From NCBI GenBank assembly GCA_963920595.1, contig OY986947.1, forward strand, positions 62,001 to 126,000: a stretch of DNA of 64,000 bases, in the 5' to 3' direction. The notes beneath the pieces were generated by a model, which worked only from the letters and a program-made list of their open reading frames with translations, was not told where the DNA came from and ran no database searches. Source of the DNA: Eimeria praecox. Taxonomy: Eukaryota. Position 1 is the stretch's first letter. Every line of letters starts with the position of its first letter. The position numbers were made by a program, and so were the translations under genes. Shown in pieces: positions 14,201 to 30,600 of the stretch.

Positions 14201-17200
14201 ATAAGCGCAAGGCACTCATAACTACAGCCAGGATTCAATGGGTCTCCTTGAACACAAGAACATACAAAGAACCGATTTCCGGTGGCGATCCTACACAACC
14301 CGAAGCACGCATGGGCCGAGATATACAGCCGTACACGATGCTGCCTAGACAGCACCGTGGCACCGGCTAGCAGCTGAATGGGAGGAAGGAAGCACCCGTC
14401 TACCCGTCGGGAATCCGCACTCTCCGCAAACCACAGAAAATGCTTCGCATTGCCCAGCTGCCTCCCAAAATGCCATACAATACCCAATGTGCAGACGACG
14501 AGGTATCGAATGCACCATGGTCTTAGGGCCTTGACACGGTTGTCCAACTGTGCTTTCCCTGCAGTGCCGAACGCAATTACCAGCTTCTATTCGCCCAGGC
14601 TGTGCAGTGCAACAGACCAATGATCCAATATGCGACAAAGCAGCATCTCCAAAAAACACCGCATAGGCCCATGCCAAAACTAGCACGCCACCGGGGTACT
14701 CCATAAAAGTGCTGAGACACCCAGTATCGCCGCGCGCCACAAGAAGCACCTGCCACATCCGCAAGCTGATTCGGGCCGCCACTGCATGCAAGCACACATG
14801 CACCATTTTGCAACCCACTGTTGACCAGCAAGAGTAGCTACGCTGCTACACCTTCTTATGCGTTCTCACCTCTTAGCAACGGGCTACGGAGAACGATCCG
14901 TCACCGCTGTTCATTACATAGTTTGCTGCGGACGCCGCTCAGACACTTAGATACTCACACAGACACTCACTCAGCCATATTTTACAAGACAACCACAAGC
15001 AGCCGCCTACAAGCCACCGCCGGCATGCAACTTCGAAATCCATTCAGGAACGCACAATCTGAAATCACCCCAGAACAAATAAAAACACCCTAGCACTACA
15101 CCAGAAGAACTTGTTTTATAGGCCAAACGCACACGCAGACCACGCACCACTTAACATGTGTGGTCTCTGAAGGCCTAAACTACAGCAGGAGCCAACTTGC
15201 CCCACAACACACATCTCCAGCCGACATAGGGAATCCAGCCAGAAGGAAACGAGCCAAACATTTCGCCAAATACACAACGCACATTCTGCGGCCACACATT
15301 GCTTTGGGGTTAGAAGTAAATCAAAGCTCAGACACAGTACATGCGCAAGCCGTCAGTAGCTACAAACAGGCTTCACGTTGCATTCAGAACAAGAAACCAG
15401 GAGGTCAAAGCGACTGTGTGCGGCCACCCTGCACCAGGTGCACACCACGTGCACCACCCGCAACCATAATGTACACGCCTGTACGGCACTGTCAGTCCAG
15501 CGTGCACAGTGGCGATACCTGCCACCTCATTGGGACAACGGTTGCTACTAGCCCTGGAATGCAGACATTGGCTGCACGCAATAACGAAACTTAAACAATC
15601 AGCACACAACCACGCACGCTATGGACTCCATATCTGGGCTTCCCAAACCCCTCGCCAGGTGCCTACTACGCAGCCCCAAGCTGGCATAAGCCACAAGCCG
15701 CAGTCGGCTGCGATCAATGGCAACCCCTTGTGACAACAGACGGCAGCCAATGCTTGTGCAGGCACGCTGTGTTTCTACAACGCACAACCATTCCCAATAT
15801 CCGAATTTGCTGCCACCCAGTCCTTACCGACTGCGCAAAAACACCAAACGCCAAACTGGTACACAGCCTCTACCAAATTCATCCCAAGTGGAGTCCTGAC
15901 AACTGCTCACAGGAAACAATCGTGGCTCACATGCCACCCACTGATCCCGCATTATCGGTACCATAGCCAGAGCCCCATGCACACAAGCAACACTGTTGCA
16001 AACTGCTTAGAGACGCGACGTATCGAATGCACCATAGCCCTAGTGGCTTGTCACAATTGCCCAGCAATGCCATTCTCGCAGTGCCTAGCCCAGTTACCAA
16101 CTTGCACTCACTCAGCTTGTACAGAGCAACAGACCACTGACTCACTATGCAACGAAGCAACACCTCCAACCAAAACGCCTAGTCCTATGATAAAGTTGCC
16201 ATGTCTTTTCATTACTCCACAAAAGTGCTGAAACAAGCACTACCGCTGCGCATAATGAAGCCAATGCACCGGCAAAACGCACAGACTGAGTCAAGCAATG
16301 GCTCAAAGGCTAAAGACGCCCGCACTGGCATTATGTGCATCGCAGCATCCAAAGAACCACCAGGTGCCAGCTTGCCCCAACACACACACCTCCACACAGG
16401 AGGACCTATGCAGGTGAGCACATCAAACAAATTCATGGAGTAAGCAGCGCACAGTCTGCAGCCAGGTATCAGTTCGTTCTAACGAAACAGAAGGCTAAGA
16501 GGTAGGACGCAGCCGCAGCGAGAAACAACTGATACGACCACTGCTGCAATCTTCACCAAATAAGCAATTCGATAAGCGCAAGGCACTCATAACTACAGCC
16601 AGGATTCAATGGGTCTCCTAGAACACAAGAACATACAAAGAACCGATTTCCGGTGGCGATCCTACACAACCTGAAGCACGCATGGGCCGAGATATCCAGC
16701 CGTACACGATGCTGCCTAGACAGCACCGTGGCACCGGCTAGCAGCTCACTGGAGGAAGGAAGCACCCGTCGGTCCGTCGGGAATCCGCACTCTCCGCAAA
16801 CCACATAAAATGCCTCGCATTGCCCAGCTGCTTCCCAAAATGCCATACAATACCCAATGTGCAGACGACGAGCCATCGAATGTACCATGCTCTTAGGGCC
16901 TTGACACGGTTGTCCAACTATGCTTTTCCTGCAGTGCCGAACGCAATTACCAGCTTCTATTCGCCCAGGCTGTGCAGTGCAACAGACCAACGATCCAATA
17001 TGCGACAAAGCAGCATCTCCAAAAAACACCGCATAGGCCCATGCCAAAACTGGCACGCCACCGGGGTACTCCATAAAAGTGCTGAGACACCCAGTATCGC
17101 CGCGCGCCACAAGAAGCACCTGCCACATCCGCAAGCTCATTCGGGCCGCCACTGCATGCAAGCACACATGCACCATTTTGCAACCCACTGTTGACCAGCA

Positions 17201-20200
17201 AGAGCAGCTACGCTGCTACACCTTCTTATGCGTTCTCACCTCTTAGCAACGGGCTACGGAGAACGATCCGTCACCTCTGTTCATTACATAGTTTGCTGCG
17301 GACGCCGCTCAGACACTTAGATACTCACACAGACACTCACTCAGCCATATTTTACAAGACAACCACAAGCAGCCGCCTACAAGCCACCGCCGGCATGCAA
17401 CTTCGAAATCCATTCAGGAACCCAGAATCTGAAATCACCCCAGAACAAATAAAAACACCCTAGCACTACACCAGAAGAACTTGTTTTATAGGCCAAACGC
17501 ACACGCAGACCACGCACCACTTAACATGTGTGGTCTCTGAAGGCCTAAACTACTGCAGGAGCCAACTTGCCCCACAACACACATCTCCAGCCGACATAGG
17601 GAATCCAGCCAGAAGGAAACGAGCCAAACATTTCGCCAAATACACAACGCACATTCTGCGGCCACACATTGCTTTGGGGTTAGAAGTAAATCAAAGCTCA
17701 GACACAGTACATGCGCAAGCCGTCACTAGCTACAAACAGGCTTCACCTTGCATTCAGAACAAGAAACCAGGAGGTCAAATTGACCGTGTGCGGCCACCCT
17801 GCACCAGGTGCACACCACGTGTACCACCCGCAACCATAATGTACACGCCTGTACGGCACTGTCAGTCCAGCGTGCACAGTGGAGATACCTGCCACCTCAT
17901 CGGGACAACGGTTGCTACTAGCCCTGGAATGCAGACATTGGCTGCACGCAATAACGAACCTTAAACAATCAGCACACAACCACGCACGCTATGGACTCCA
18001 TATCGGGGCTTCCCAAACCCCTCGCCAGGTGCCTACTACGCAGCCCCAAGCTGGCATAAGCCACAAGCCGCAGTCGGCTGCGATCAATGGCAACCCCTTG
18101 TGACAACAGACGGCAGCCAATCCTTGTGCAGGCACGCTGTGTTTCTACAACGCACAGCCATTCCCAATATCCGAATTTGCTGCCACCCAGTCCTTACCGA
18201 CTGCGCAAAAACACCAAACGCCAAACTGGTACACAGCCTCTACCAAATTCATCCCAAGTGGAGTCCTGACAACTGCTCACAGGAAACAATCGTGGCTCAC
18301 ATGCCACCCACTGATCCCGCATTATCGGTACCATAGCCAGAGCCCCATGCACACAAGCAACACTGTTGCAAACTGCTTAGAGACGCGACGTATCGAATGC
18401 ACCATACCCTTAGTGGCTTGTCACAACTGCCCAGCAATGCCATTCTCGCAGTGCCTAGCCCAGTTACCAACTTGCACTCACTCAGCTTGTACAGAGCAAC
18501 AGACCACTGACTCACTATGCAACGAAGCAACACTTCCAACCAAAACGCCTAGTCCTATGATAAAGTTGCCATGTCTTTTCATTACTCCACAAAAGTGCTG
18601 AAACAAGCACTACCGCTGCGCATAATGAAGCCAATGCAACGGCAAAACGGACAGGCTGAGTCAAGCAATGGCTCAAAGGCTAAAGACGCCCGCACTGGCA
18701 TTATGTGCATCGCAGCATCCAAAGAACCACCAGGTGCCAGCTTGCCCCAACACACACACCTCCACACAGGAGGAGATATGCAGGCAAGCACATCAAACAA
18801 ATTCATCAAGTAAGCAGCGCACAGTCTGCAGCCAGGTATCAGTTCGTTCTAACGAAACAGAAGGCTAAGAGGTAGGATGCAGCCGCAGCGATAAACAACT
18901 GATACGACCACTGCTGCAATCTTCACCAAATAAGCAATTCGATAAGCGCAAGGCACTCATAACTACAGCCAGGATTCAATGGGTCTCCTTGAACACAAGA
19001 ACATACAAAGAACCGATTTCCGGTGGCGATCCTACACAACCTGAAGCACGCATGGGCCGAGATATCCAGCCATACACGATGCTGCCTAGACAGCACCGTG
19101 GCACCGGCTAGCAGCTCACTGGGAGGAAGGAAGCACCCGTCTGTACCTCGGGAATCTGCACTCTCCGCAAACCACAGAAAATGCTTCGCACTGTTCAGCT
19201 GTCTCCCCAAAGGCCATACAATACCCAATGTGCAGACGACGAGGTATCGAATGCACCATGGTCCTAGGGCCTTGACACGGTTGTCCAACTATGCTTTCTC
19301 TGCAGTGCTGAACGCAATTACCAGCTTCTATTCGCCCAGGCTGTGCAGTGCAACAGACCAATGATCCAATATGCGACAAAGCAGCATCTCCAAAAAACAC
19401 CGCATAGGCCCATGCCAAAGCTAGCACGCCACCGGGGTACTCCATAAAAGTGCTGAGACACCCAGTATCGCCACGCACCACAAGAAGCACCTGCCACACC
19501 CGCAAGCTGATTCGAGCCGCGACTGCATGCAAGCACACATGCACCATTTTGCAACCCACTGTTGACCAGCAAGAGTTGCTACGCTGCTACACCTTCTTAT
19601 GCGTTCTCACCTGTTAGCGACGGGCTACGGAGAACGATCCGTCACCGCTGTTCATTACATAGTTTGCTGCAGACGCCGCTCAGACACTTAGATACTCACA
19701 CAGACACTCATTCAGCCATATTTTACAAGACAACCACAAGCAGCCGCCTATAAGCCACCGCCGGCATGCCACCTCGAAATCCATTCAGGAACGCACAAGG
19801 TAAAGCCACGCCAGACCAAATATAAACGCCTTAGCGCTACGACAGACGAAGTTGTTTCATAGGCCAAACGCACACGCAGACCACGCACCATTTAGCATGT
19901 GTGATCTCTGAAGGCCTAAACTACAGCAGGAGCCAACTTGCCCCACAACACACATCTCCAGCCGACATAGGGAATCCAGCCAGAAGGAAACGAGCCAAAC
20001 ATTTCGCCAAATACACAACGCACAGTCTGCGGCCACACATTGCTTTGGGGTTTAAGTAAATCAAAGCTCAGACACAGTACATGCGCCAGCCGTCAGTAGC
20101 TACAAACAGGCTTCACCTTGCATTCAGAACAAGAAACCAGGAGGTCAAAGCGACTGTGTGCGGCCACCCTGCACCAGGTGCACACCACGTGCACCACCCG

Positions 20201-21649
20201 CAACCATAATGTACACGCCTGTACGGCACTGTCAGTCCAGCGTGCACAGAGGCGCCACCTGCCACCCCAGCGGGAGAACGGCTGCCGCTACCCCTGGAAT
20301 GCAGACATTCGATGCACGCAATAACGAAACTTAAACAATCAGCACACAACCACGCAGGCTATGCAATCCATATCTGAGCTCCCCAAACCCCTCGCCAGCT
20401 GCCTACTACGCATCCCCAAGCTGACATAAGCCACAAGCCGCAGTCAGTTGCGATCAATGGCAACCCCTTGTGGCAACAGACAGCCGCCAGGACGTGTGCC
20501 CGCAGGTTGTGTTTCTACAACGCACAACCAATCCGAATATCTGAATTTAATGCCACCCAGTCCTTACAGGCTGTGCAAAAACACCAAACGCCAAACTGTC
20601 GCACAGCCTCTACCATATCAATGACAAGAGGAGTCCTGACAACTGCTTGCAAGAAACAATGGTGGTTCACATGCCACCCACTGATTCCGCATTATCGGTA
20701 CCATAGCCAGAGTCCCATGCACGCAAGCCGCGCTGTTGCCAACTGCTTAGAGAGGCGTCGTATCGAATGCACCATACCCTTAGTGGCTTGTCACAATTGC
20801 CCAGCAATGCCATTCTCGCAGTGCCTAGCCCAGTTACCAACTCAGACTGTGCAGAGCAACAGAACCCTGACTCACTATGCAACGAAGCAACACTTCCAAC
20901 CAAAACGCTTATTCCTATGATAAAGTTGCCATGTCTTTTCATTACTCCACAAAAGTGCTGAAACAAGCACTACCGCTGCGCATAATGAAGCCAATGCACC
21001 GGCAAAACGCACAGACTGAGTCAAGCAATGGCCTAAAGGCTAAAGACGCCCGCACTGGCATTATGTGCATCGCAGCATCCAAAGAACCACCAGGTGCCAG
21101 CTTGCCCCAACGCACACACCTCCACACAAGAGGAGATATGCAGGCAAGCACATCAAACAAATTCATGGAGTAAGCAGCGCACAGTCTGCAGCCAGGTATC
21201 AGTTCGTTCTAACGAAACAGAAGGCTAAGAGGTAGGACGCAGCCGCAGCGATAAACAACTGATACGACCACGGCTACAATCTCACCAAAAAGGCGATTCG
21301 ATAAGCCAAGACACTGCTAATAACTGCAGCCAGGATTCAATGGGTCTCCTTGAACACAAGAACATACAAAGAACCGATTTCCGGTGGCGATCCTACACAA
21401 CCTGAAGCACGCATGGCAGCAATATCCTACCGTACAGAATGCTGCCTAGACAGCACCGTGGCACCGGCTAGCAGCTCACTGGGAGCAAGGAAGCACCCGT
21501 CTCTCCCTCGGGAATCCGCACTCTCCGCAAATCACAGAAAATGCCTCGCATTGCCCAGCTGCCTCCCAAAATGCCATACAATACCCAATGTGCAGACGAC
21601 GAGCCATCGAATGCACCATGCTCTTAGGGCCTTGACACGGTTGTCCAAC

Positions 21650-24600
21650 TATGCTTTCCCTGCAGTGCCGAACGCAATTACTTGCTTCACTTCGCCCAGG
21701 CTGTGCAGTGCAACAGACCAGCGATCCAATATGCGACAAACCAATATCTCCACAAAAACACCATATAGGTCCATGCCAAAACTGGCATGCCCCCGGGGTA
21801 CTCCACAAAAATGCTGAGACATCCAGTATCGCCGCACACCACAAGAAGCACCTGCCACATCCGCAAGCTGATTCGAGCCGGGACTGCATGCAAGCACACA
21901 TGCACCATTTTGCAACCCACTGTTGTTCAGCAAGAGCAGCTACGGTGCTAGCCCTTCTTATGCGTTCTCACCTGTTAGCGACGGGCTATGGAAAACGCTC
22001 CCTCACCGCTGTTCATTACATAGTTTGCTGCGGACGCCGCTCAGACACTCAGATACTCACGCAGACACTCACTCAGCCATATTGCAAGACAACCGCAAGC
22101 AGCCGGCTACAAGCCACCGCCGGCATACCACCTCGAAATCCATTCAGGAACGCACAATCTGAAATCACCCCAGAACAAATAAAAATGCGGTAGCGCTACA
22201 CCAGGAGAACTTGTATCATAGGCCAAACGCACACGCAGACCACGCACCACTTAACATGTGTGGTCTCTGAAGGCCTAAAATACTGGAGGAGCCAACTTGC
22301 CCCACAACTCACATCTCCAGCCGACATAGGGAATCCAGCCAGAAGGAAACGAGCCAAACATTTCGCCAAATGCACAACGCACAGTCTGCGGCCACACATT
22401 GCTTTGGGGGTTAAGTAAATCACAGCTCAGACACAGTACATGCGCCAGCCGTCAGTAGCTACAAGCAGGCTTCACCCTGCATTCAGAACAAGAAACCAGG
22501 AGGTCGAAGCGACTGTGTGCGGCCACCCTGCACCAGGTGCACACCACGTGCACCACCCGCAACCATAATGTACACGCCTGTACGGCACTGTCAGTCCAGC
22601 GTGCACAGAGGCGCCACCTGCCACCCCACCGGGAGAACGGCTGCCGCTACCCCTGGAATGCAGACATTCGATGCACGCAATAACGAAACTTAAACAATCA
22701 GCACACAACCAGGCAGGCTATGCAATCCATATCTGAGCTCCCAAAACCCCTCGCCAGCTGCCTACCACGCAGCCCCAAGCTGACATAAGCCACACATCGC
22801 GGTCAGCTGCGATCAGTGGTAACCCCTTGCGGCAACAGACAGCCGCCAGCGCTTGTGCAGGCAGGTTGTGTTTCTACAACGCACAACCAATCCCAGCATC
22901 TGAATTTAATGCCACCCAGTTCTTACCGACTGTGCAAAAACACCAAACGCCAAACTGTCGCACAGCCTCTACCATATCAATGACAAGAGGAGTCCTGACA
23001 ACTGCTTGCAAGAAACAATGGTGGTTCACGTGCCACCCACTGATCCCGCATTATCGGTACCATAGCCAGAGTCCCATGCACGCAAGCCGCGCTGTTGCCA
23101 ACTGCTTAGAGAGGCGACGCATCGAATGCACCATACCCTTAGTGGCTTGTCACGATTGCCCAGCAATGCCATTCTCGCAGTGCCTAGCCCAGTTACCAAC
23201 TCAGACTGTGCAGAGCAACAGAACCCTGACTCACTTTGCAACGAAGCAACACTTCCAACCAAAACGCTCAGTCCTATGATAAAGTTGCCATGCCTTTTCA
23301 TTACTCCACAAAAGTGCTGAAACAAGCACTACCGCTGCGCATAATGAAGCCCATGCATCGGCGAAAGGCACAGACTGAGTCAAGCAATGGCCTAAAGGCT
23401 AACGACGCCCGCACTGGCAATATGTGCATCAAAGCGTCCAAAGAATCACCAGGTGCCAGCTTGCCCCAACGCACACACCTCAACACAGGAGGACCTATGC
23501 AGGTGAGCACATCAAACAAATTCATCAAGTAAGCAACGCACAGTCTGCCGCCAGACATGAGTTCGTTTTAACGAAACAGAAGGGTAAGAGGTAGGACGCA
23601 GCTGCAGCGATAAACAATCGCTACGACCACGGCTACAATCTCCATCAAATAAGCGATTCGATAAGCCAAGACACTGCTCATAGCTGCAGCCAGGATTCAG
23701 TGGGCCTCCTAGAACACAAGAACATACAAAGAGCCGATTTTCGGTGGCGACCCTACACAACCTGAAGCACGCATGGCAGCAATATCAAACCGCACACGAT
23801 GCTGCCTAGCGAACACCGAGGCACCGGCTAGCAGCTCACTGGCAGCAAGCAAGCACCAGTCTGTCCCTCGGGAATCCGCACTCTCCGCAAACCACAGAAA
23901 ATGCCTCGCATTGTCCAGCTGCCTCCCAAAATGCCATACAATACCCAATGTGCAGACGACAAGGTATCGAATGCACCATGCAGCATGCTCTTAGGGCCTT
24001 GACACGGTTGTCCAACTATGCTTTCCCTGCAGTACCGAGCGCAATTACCAGCTTCTATTCGCCCAGGCTGTGCAGTGCAACAGACCAGCGATCCAATATG
24101 CGACAAAGCAATATCTCCACAAAAACAGCATATAGGTCCATGCCAAAACTGGCACGCCACCGGGGTACTCCACAAAAATGCTGAGACACCCAGTACCGCC
24201 GCGCGCCACAAGAAGCACCTGCCACATCCGCAAGCTGATTCGAGCCGGGACTGCATGCAGGCACACATGCAGCATTTTGCAACTCACTGTTGTCCAGCAA
24301 GAGTAGCTACGCTGGTTGTCCTTTTTATACGTTCTGAGCACGTAGCAAAGAACTGTGAAGAACCACCGTCACCACTGCTCGTTACGTAGATCGCTGCAGA
24401 CGTCACTCAGACACTCTGATACTCACACAGACACTCACTCAGCCATATTGCAAGACAACCACAAGCAGCCGCCTACAAGCCAACGCCGGCATGCCACATC
24501 GAAATCTATTCAGGAACGCACAATCTGAAACCACACCAGAACAAATAAAAATGCCGTAGCGCTACACCAGAAGAACTTGTTTCATACACCAAACGCACAC

Positions 24601-27600
24601 GCATGCCACGCACCACTAAACATGTGTGGTCTCTGAAGGCCTAAACTACAGCAGGAGCCAACCTCCCCCACAACACACATCTCCAAACAAGATGCGAAAT
24701 TCCGCTAGACGGAAACGAGGCAGACACTTCACCGAATACGCAACGCACATCCTGTACAAGAATGCACAAAGCTTAGTTAAAGTAAAAGCTCAGATACAGT
24801 GCATGCGCCAGTCGTCAGTAGCTGCAAACAGGCTTCACCCTGCATTCAAAACAACAAGGAAGGAGGTCAAAACGACTGTATGCGGCCATCCTGCTCCAGG
24901 TGCACAACACGTGCACCACCGAGAACCGTCATGCACACGCAGGTACGGCACTGTCAGTCCAGCGCGCACAGAGGCGCTACCTGCCACCTCATTGGGACAA
25001 CAGCAGTGACTACACCGGGAATGCAGACATTCGATGCACGCAATAACGAAGCTTAAACAATCAGCACGCAACCAGGCAGGCTATGCAATCCATATCTGAG
25101 CTCCCAAAACCCCTCGCCAGCTGCCTACCACGCAGCCCCAAGCTGACATAAGCCACAAGCCGCAGTCGGCTGCGATCAATGACAACCCCTTGTGACAACA
25201 GACGGCAGCCAATGCTTGTGCAGGCACGCTGTGTTTCTACAACGCACAGCCATTCCCAATATCCGAATTTGCTGCCACCCAGTCCTTACCGACTGCGCAA
25301 AAACACCAAACGCCAAACTGGTACACAGCCTCTACCAAATTCATCCCCAGTGGAGTCCTGACAACTGCTTGCAAGAAACAATGGTGGTTCACGTGCCACC
25401 CACTGATCCCGCATTATCGGTACCATAGCCAGAGTCCCATGCACGCAAGCCGCGCTGTTGCCAACTGCTTAGAGAGGCGTCGCATCGTATGCACCATACC
25501 CTTAGTGGCTTGTCACGATTGCCCAGCTATGTCATTCTCGCAGTGCCTAGCCCAGTTACCAACCTGCACTCACTCAGGCTGTGCAGCGCAACGGCGCACT
25601 GACGCACTATGCAACGAAGCAACACTTCCAACCAACACGCTCAGTCCTATGATGAAGCTGCCATGGCTTTTTATTACTCCACAACACGCACTCCCGCTGA
25701 GCATAACGAACCCAAATCATCGGCTATGGCTCAAAGGCTAAAGACGCCCGCATTGGAAATATGTGGACCGCAGCGTCTAAAGAACCACCAGGTGCGGCTT
25801 CCCCCAACGCACACACCTCAACACAAGATGACCTATGCAGGCGAGCACGTCAAACAAATTCATCAAGTAAGCAACGCACAGTCTGCCGCCAGACATGAGT
25901 TCGTTTTAACGAAACAGAAGGGTAAGAGGTAGGACGCAGCTGCAGCGATAAACAATCGCTACGACCACGGCTACAATCTCCATCAAATAAGCGATTCGAT
26001 AAGCCAAGACACTGCTCATAGCTGCAGCCAGGATTCAGTGGGCCTCCTAGAACACAAGAACATACAAAGAGCCGATTTTCGGTGGCGACCCTACACAACC
26101 TGAAGCACGCATGGCAGCAATATCAAACCGCACACGATGCTGCCTAGCGAACACCGAGGCACCGGCTAGCAGCTCACTGGCAGCAAGCAAGCACCAGTCT
26201 GTCCCTCGGGAATCCGCACTCTCCGCAAACCACAGAAAATGCCTCGCATTGTCCAGCTGCCTCCCAAAATGCCATACAATACCCAATGTGCAGACGACGA
26301 GGTATCGAATGCACCATGCAGCATGCTCTTAGGGCCTTGACACGGTTGTCCAACTATGCTTTCCCTGCATTGCCGAACGCAATTACTTGCTTCACTTCGC
26401 CCAGGCTGTGCAGTGCAACAGACCAGCGATCCAATATGCGACAAACCAATATCTCCACAAAAACACCGCATAGGCTCATGCCAAAACTGGCACCTCACCG
26501 AGGTACTCCACAAAAATGCTGAGACATCCAGTATCGCCGCACACCACAAGAAGCACCTGCCACATCCGCAAGCTGATTCGAGCCGGGACTGCATGCAAGC
26601 ACACATGCACCATTTTGCAACCCACTGTTGTTCAGCAAGAGCAGCTACGGTGCTAGCCCTTCTTATGCGTTCTCACCTGTTAGCGACGGGCTATGGAAAA
26701 CGCTCCCTCACCGCTGTTCATTACATAGTTTGCTGCGGACGCCGCTCAGACACTCAGATACTCACGCAGACACTCACTCAGCCATATTGCAAGACAACCG
26801 CAAGCAGCCGGCTACAAGCCACCGCCGGCATACCACCTCGAAATCCATTCAGGAACGCACAATCTGAAATCACCCCAGAACAAATAAAAATGCGGTAGCG
26901 CTACACCAGGAGAACTTGTATCATAGGCCAAACGCACACGCAGACCACGCACCACTTAACATGTGTGGTCTCTGAAGGCCTAAAATACTGGAGGAGCCAA
27001 CTTGCCCCACAACATCTCCAGCCGACATAGGGAATCCAGCCAGAAGGAAACGAGCCAAACATTTCGCCAAATGCACAACGCACAGTCTGCGGCCACACAT
27101 TGCTTTGGGGGTTAAGTAAATCACAGCTCAGACACAGTACATGCGCCAGCCGTCAGTAGCTACAAGCAGGCTTCACCCTGCATTCAGAACAAGAAACCAG
27201 GAGGTCGAAGCGACTGTGTGCGGCCACCCTGCACCAGGTGCACACCACGTGCACCACCCGCAACCATAATGTACACGCCTGTACGGCACTGTCAGTCCAG
27301 CGTGCACAGAGGCGCCACCTGCCACCCCACCGGGAGAACGGCTGCCGCTACCCCTGGAATGCAGACATTCGATGCACGCAATAACGAAACTTAAACAATC
27401 AGCACACAACCAGGCAGGCTATGCAATCCATATCTGAGCTCCCAAAACCCCTCGCCAGCTGCCTACCACGCAGCCCCAAGCTGACATAAGCCACACATCG
27501 CGGTCAGCTGCGATCAGTGGTAACCCCTTGCGGCAACAGACAGCCGCCAGCGCTTGTGCAGGCAGGTTGTGTTTCTACAACGCACAACCAATCCGAATAT

Positions 27601-30600
27601 CTGAATTTAATGCCACCCAGTTCTTACCGACTGTGCAAAAACACCAAACGCCAAACTGTCGCACAGCCTCTACCATATCAATGACAAGAGGAGTCCTGAC
27701 AACTGCTTGCAAGAAACAATGGTGGTTCACGTGCCACCCACTGATCCCGCATTATCGGTACCATAGCCAGAGTCCCATGCACGCAAGCCGCGCTGTTGCC
27801 AACTGCTTAGAGAGGCGACGCATCGAATGCACCATACCCTTAGTGGCTTGTCACGATTGCCCAGCAATGCCATTCTCGCAGTGCCTAGCCCAGTTACCAA
27901 CTCAGACTGTGCAGAGCAACAGAACCCTGACTCACTTTGCAACGAAGCAACACTTCCAACCAAAACGCCTAGTCCTATGATAAAGTTGCCATGTCTTTTC
28001 ATTACTCCACAAAAGTGCTGAAACAAGCACTACCGCTGCGCATAATGAAGCCCATGCATCGGCGAAAGGCACAGACTGAGTCAAGCAATGGCCTAAAGGC
28101 TAACGACGCCCGCACTGGCAATATGTGCATCAAAGCGTCCAAAGAATCACCAGGTGCCAGCTTGCCCCAACGCACACACCTCAACACAGGAGGACCTATG
28201 CAGGTGAGCACATCAAACAAATTCATGGAGTAAGCAGCGCACATTCTGCCGCCAGATATGAGTTCGTTTTAACGAAACAGGAGGCTAAAAGGTAGGATGC
28301 TGCTGCAGCGATAAACAATCGATATGACCACTGCTACAATATCCACCAAATAAGCGATTCGATAAGCCAAGACACTGCTCATAGCTGCAGCCAGGATTCA
28401 GTGGGCCTCCTAGAACACAAGAACATACAAAGAGCCGATTTTCGGTGGCGACCCTACACAACCTGAAGCACGCATGGCAGCAATATCAAACCGCACACGA
28501 TGCTGCCTAGCGAACACCGAGGCACCGGCTAGCAGCTCACTGGCAGCAAGCAAGCACCAGTCTGTCCCTCGGGAATCCGCACTCTCCGCAAACCACAGAA
28601 AATGCCTCGCATTGTCCAGCTGCCTCCCAAAATGCCATACAATACCCAATGTGCAGACGACAAGGTATCGAATGCACCATGCAGCATGCTCTTAGGGCCT
28701 TGACACGGTTGTCCAACTATGCTTTCCCTGCAGTACCGAGCGCAATTACCAGCTTCTATTCGCCCAGGCTGTGCAGTGCAACAGACCAGCGATCCAATAT
28801 GCGACAAAGCAATATCTCCACAAAAACAGCATATAGATCCATGCCAAAACTGGCACGCCACCGGGGTACTCCACAAAAATGCTGAGACACCCAGTACCGC
28901 CGCGCGCCACAAGAAGCACCTGCCACATCCGCAAGCTGATTCGAGCCGGGACTGCATGCAGGCACACATGCAGCATTTTGCAACTCACTGTTGTCCAGCA
29001 AGAGTAGCTACGCTGGTTGTCCTTTTTATACGTTCTGAGCACGTAGCAAAGAACTGTGAAGAACCACCGTCACCACTGCTCGTTACGTAGATCGCTGCAG
29101 ACGTCACTCAGACACTCTGATACTCACACAGACACTCACTCAGCCATATTGCAAGACAACCACAAGCAGCCGCCTACAAGCCAACGCCGGCATGCCACAT
29201 CGAAATCTATTCAGGAACGCACAATCTGAAACCACACCAGAACAAATAAAAATGCCGTAGCGCTACACCAGAAGAACTTGTTTCATACACCAAACGCACA
29301 CGCATGCCACGCACCACTAAACATGTGTGGTCTCTGAAGGCCTAAACTACAGCAGAAGCCAACCTCCCCCACAACACACATCTCCAAACAAGATGCGAAA
29401 TTCCGCTAGACGGAAACGAGGCAGACACTTCACCGAATACGCAACGCACATCCTGTACAAGAATGCACAAAGCTTAGTTAAAGTAAAAGCTCAGATACAG
29501 TGCATGCGCCAGTCGTCAGTAGCTGCAAACAGGCTTCACCCTGCATTCAAAACAACAAGGAAGGAGGTCAAAACGACTGTATGCGGCCATCCTGCTCCAG
29601 GTGCACAACACGTGCACCACCGAGAACCGTCATGCACACGCAGGTACGGCACTGTCAGTCCAGCGCGCACAGAGGCGCTACCTGCCACCTCATTGGGACA
29701 ACAGCCGTGACTACACCGGGAATGCAGACATTCGATGCACGCAATAACGAAGCTTAAACAATCAGCACGCAACCAGGCAGGCTATGCAATCCATATCTGA
29801 GCTCCCAAAACCCCTCGCCAGCTGCCTACTGCGCAGCCCCAAGCTGACATAAGCCACAAGCCGCAGTCGGCTGCGATCAATGACAACCCCTTGTGACAAC
29901 AGACGGCAGCCAATGCTTGTGCAGGCACGCTGTGTTTCTACAACGCACAGCCATTCCCAATATCCGAATTTGCTGCCACCCAGTCCTTACCGACTGCGCA
30001 AAAACACCAAACGCCAAACTGGTACACAGCCTCTACCAAATTCATCCCCAGTGGAGTCCTGACAACTGCTTGCAAGAAACAATGGTGGTTCACGTGCCAC
30101 CCACTGATCCCGCATTATCGGTACCATAGCCAGAGTCCCATGCACGCAAGCCGCGCTGTTGCCAACTGCTTAGAGAGGCGTCGCATCGTATGCACCATAC
30201 CCTTAGTGGCTTGTCACGATTGCCCAGCTATGTCATTCTCGCAGTGCCTAGCCCAGTTACCAACCTGCACTCACTCAGGCTGTGCAGCGCAACGGCGCAC
30301 TGACGCACTATGCAACGAAGCAACACTTCCAACCAACACGCTCAGTCCTATGATGAAGCTGCCATGGCTTTTTATTACTCCACAACACGCACTCCCGCTG
30401 AGCATAACGAACCCAAATCATCGGCTATGGCTCAAAGGCTAAAGACGCCCGCATTGGAAATATGTGGACCGCAGCGTCTAAAGAACCACCAGGTGCGGCT
30501 TCCCCCAACGCACACACCTCAACACAAGATGACCTATGCAGGCGAGCACGTCAAACAAATTCATCAAGTAAGCAACGCACAGTCTGCCGCCAGACATGAG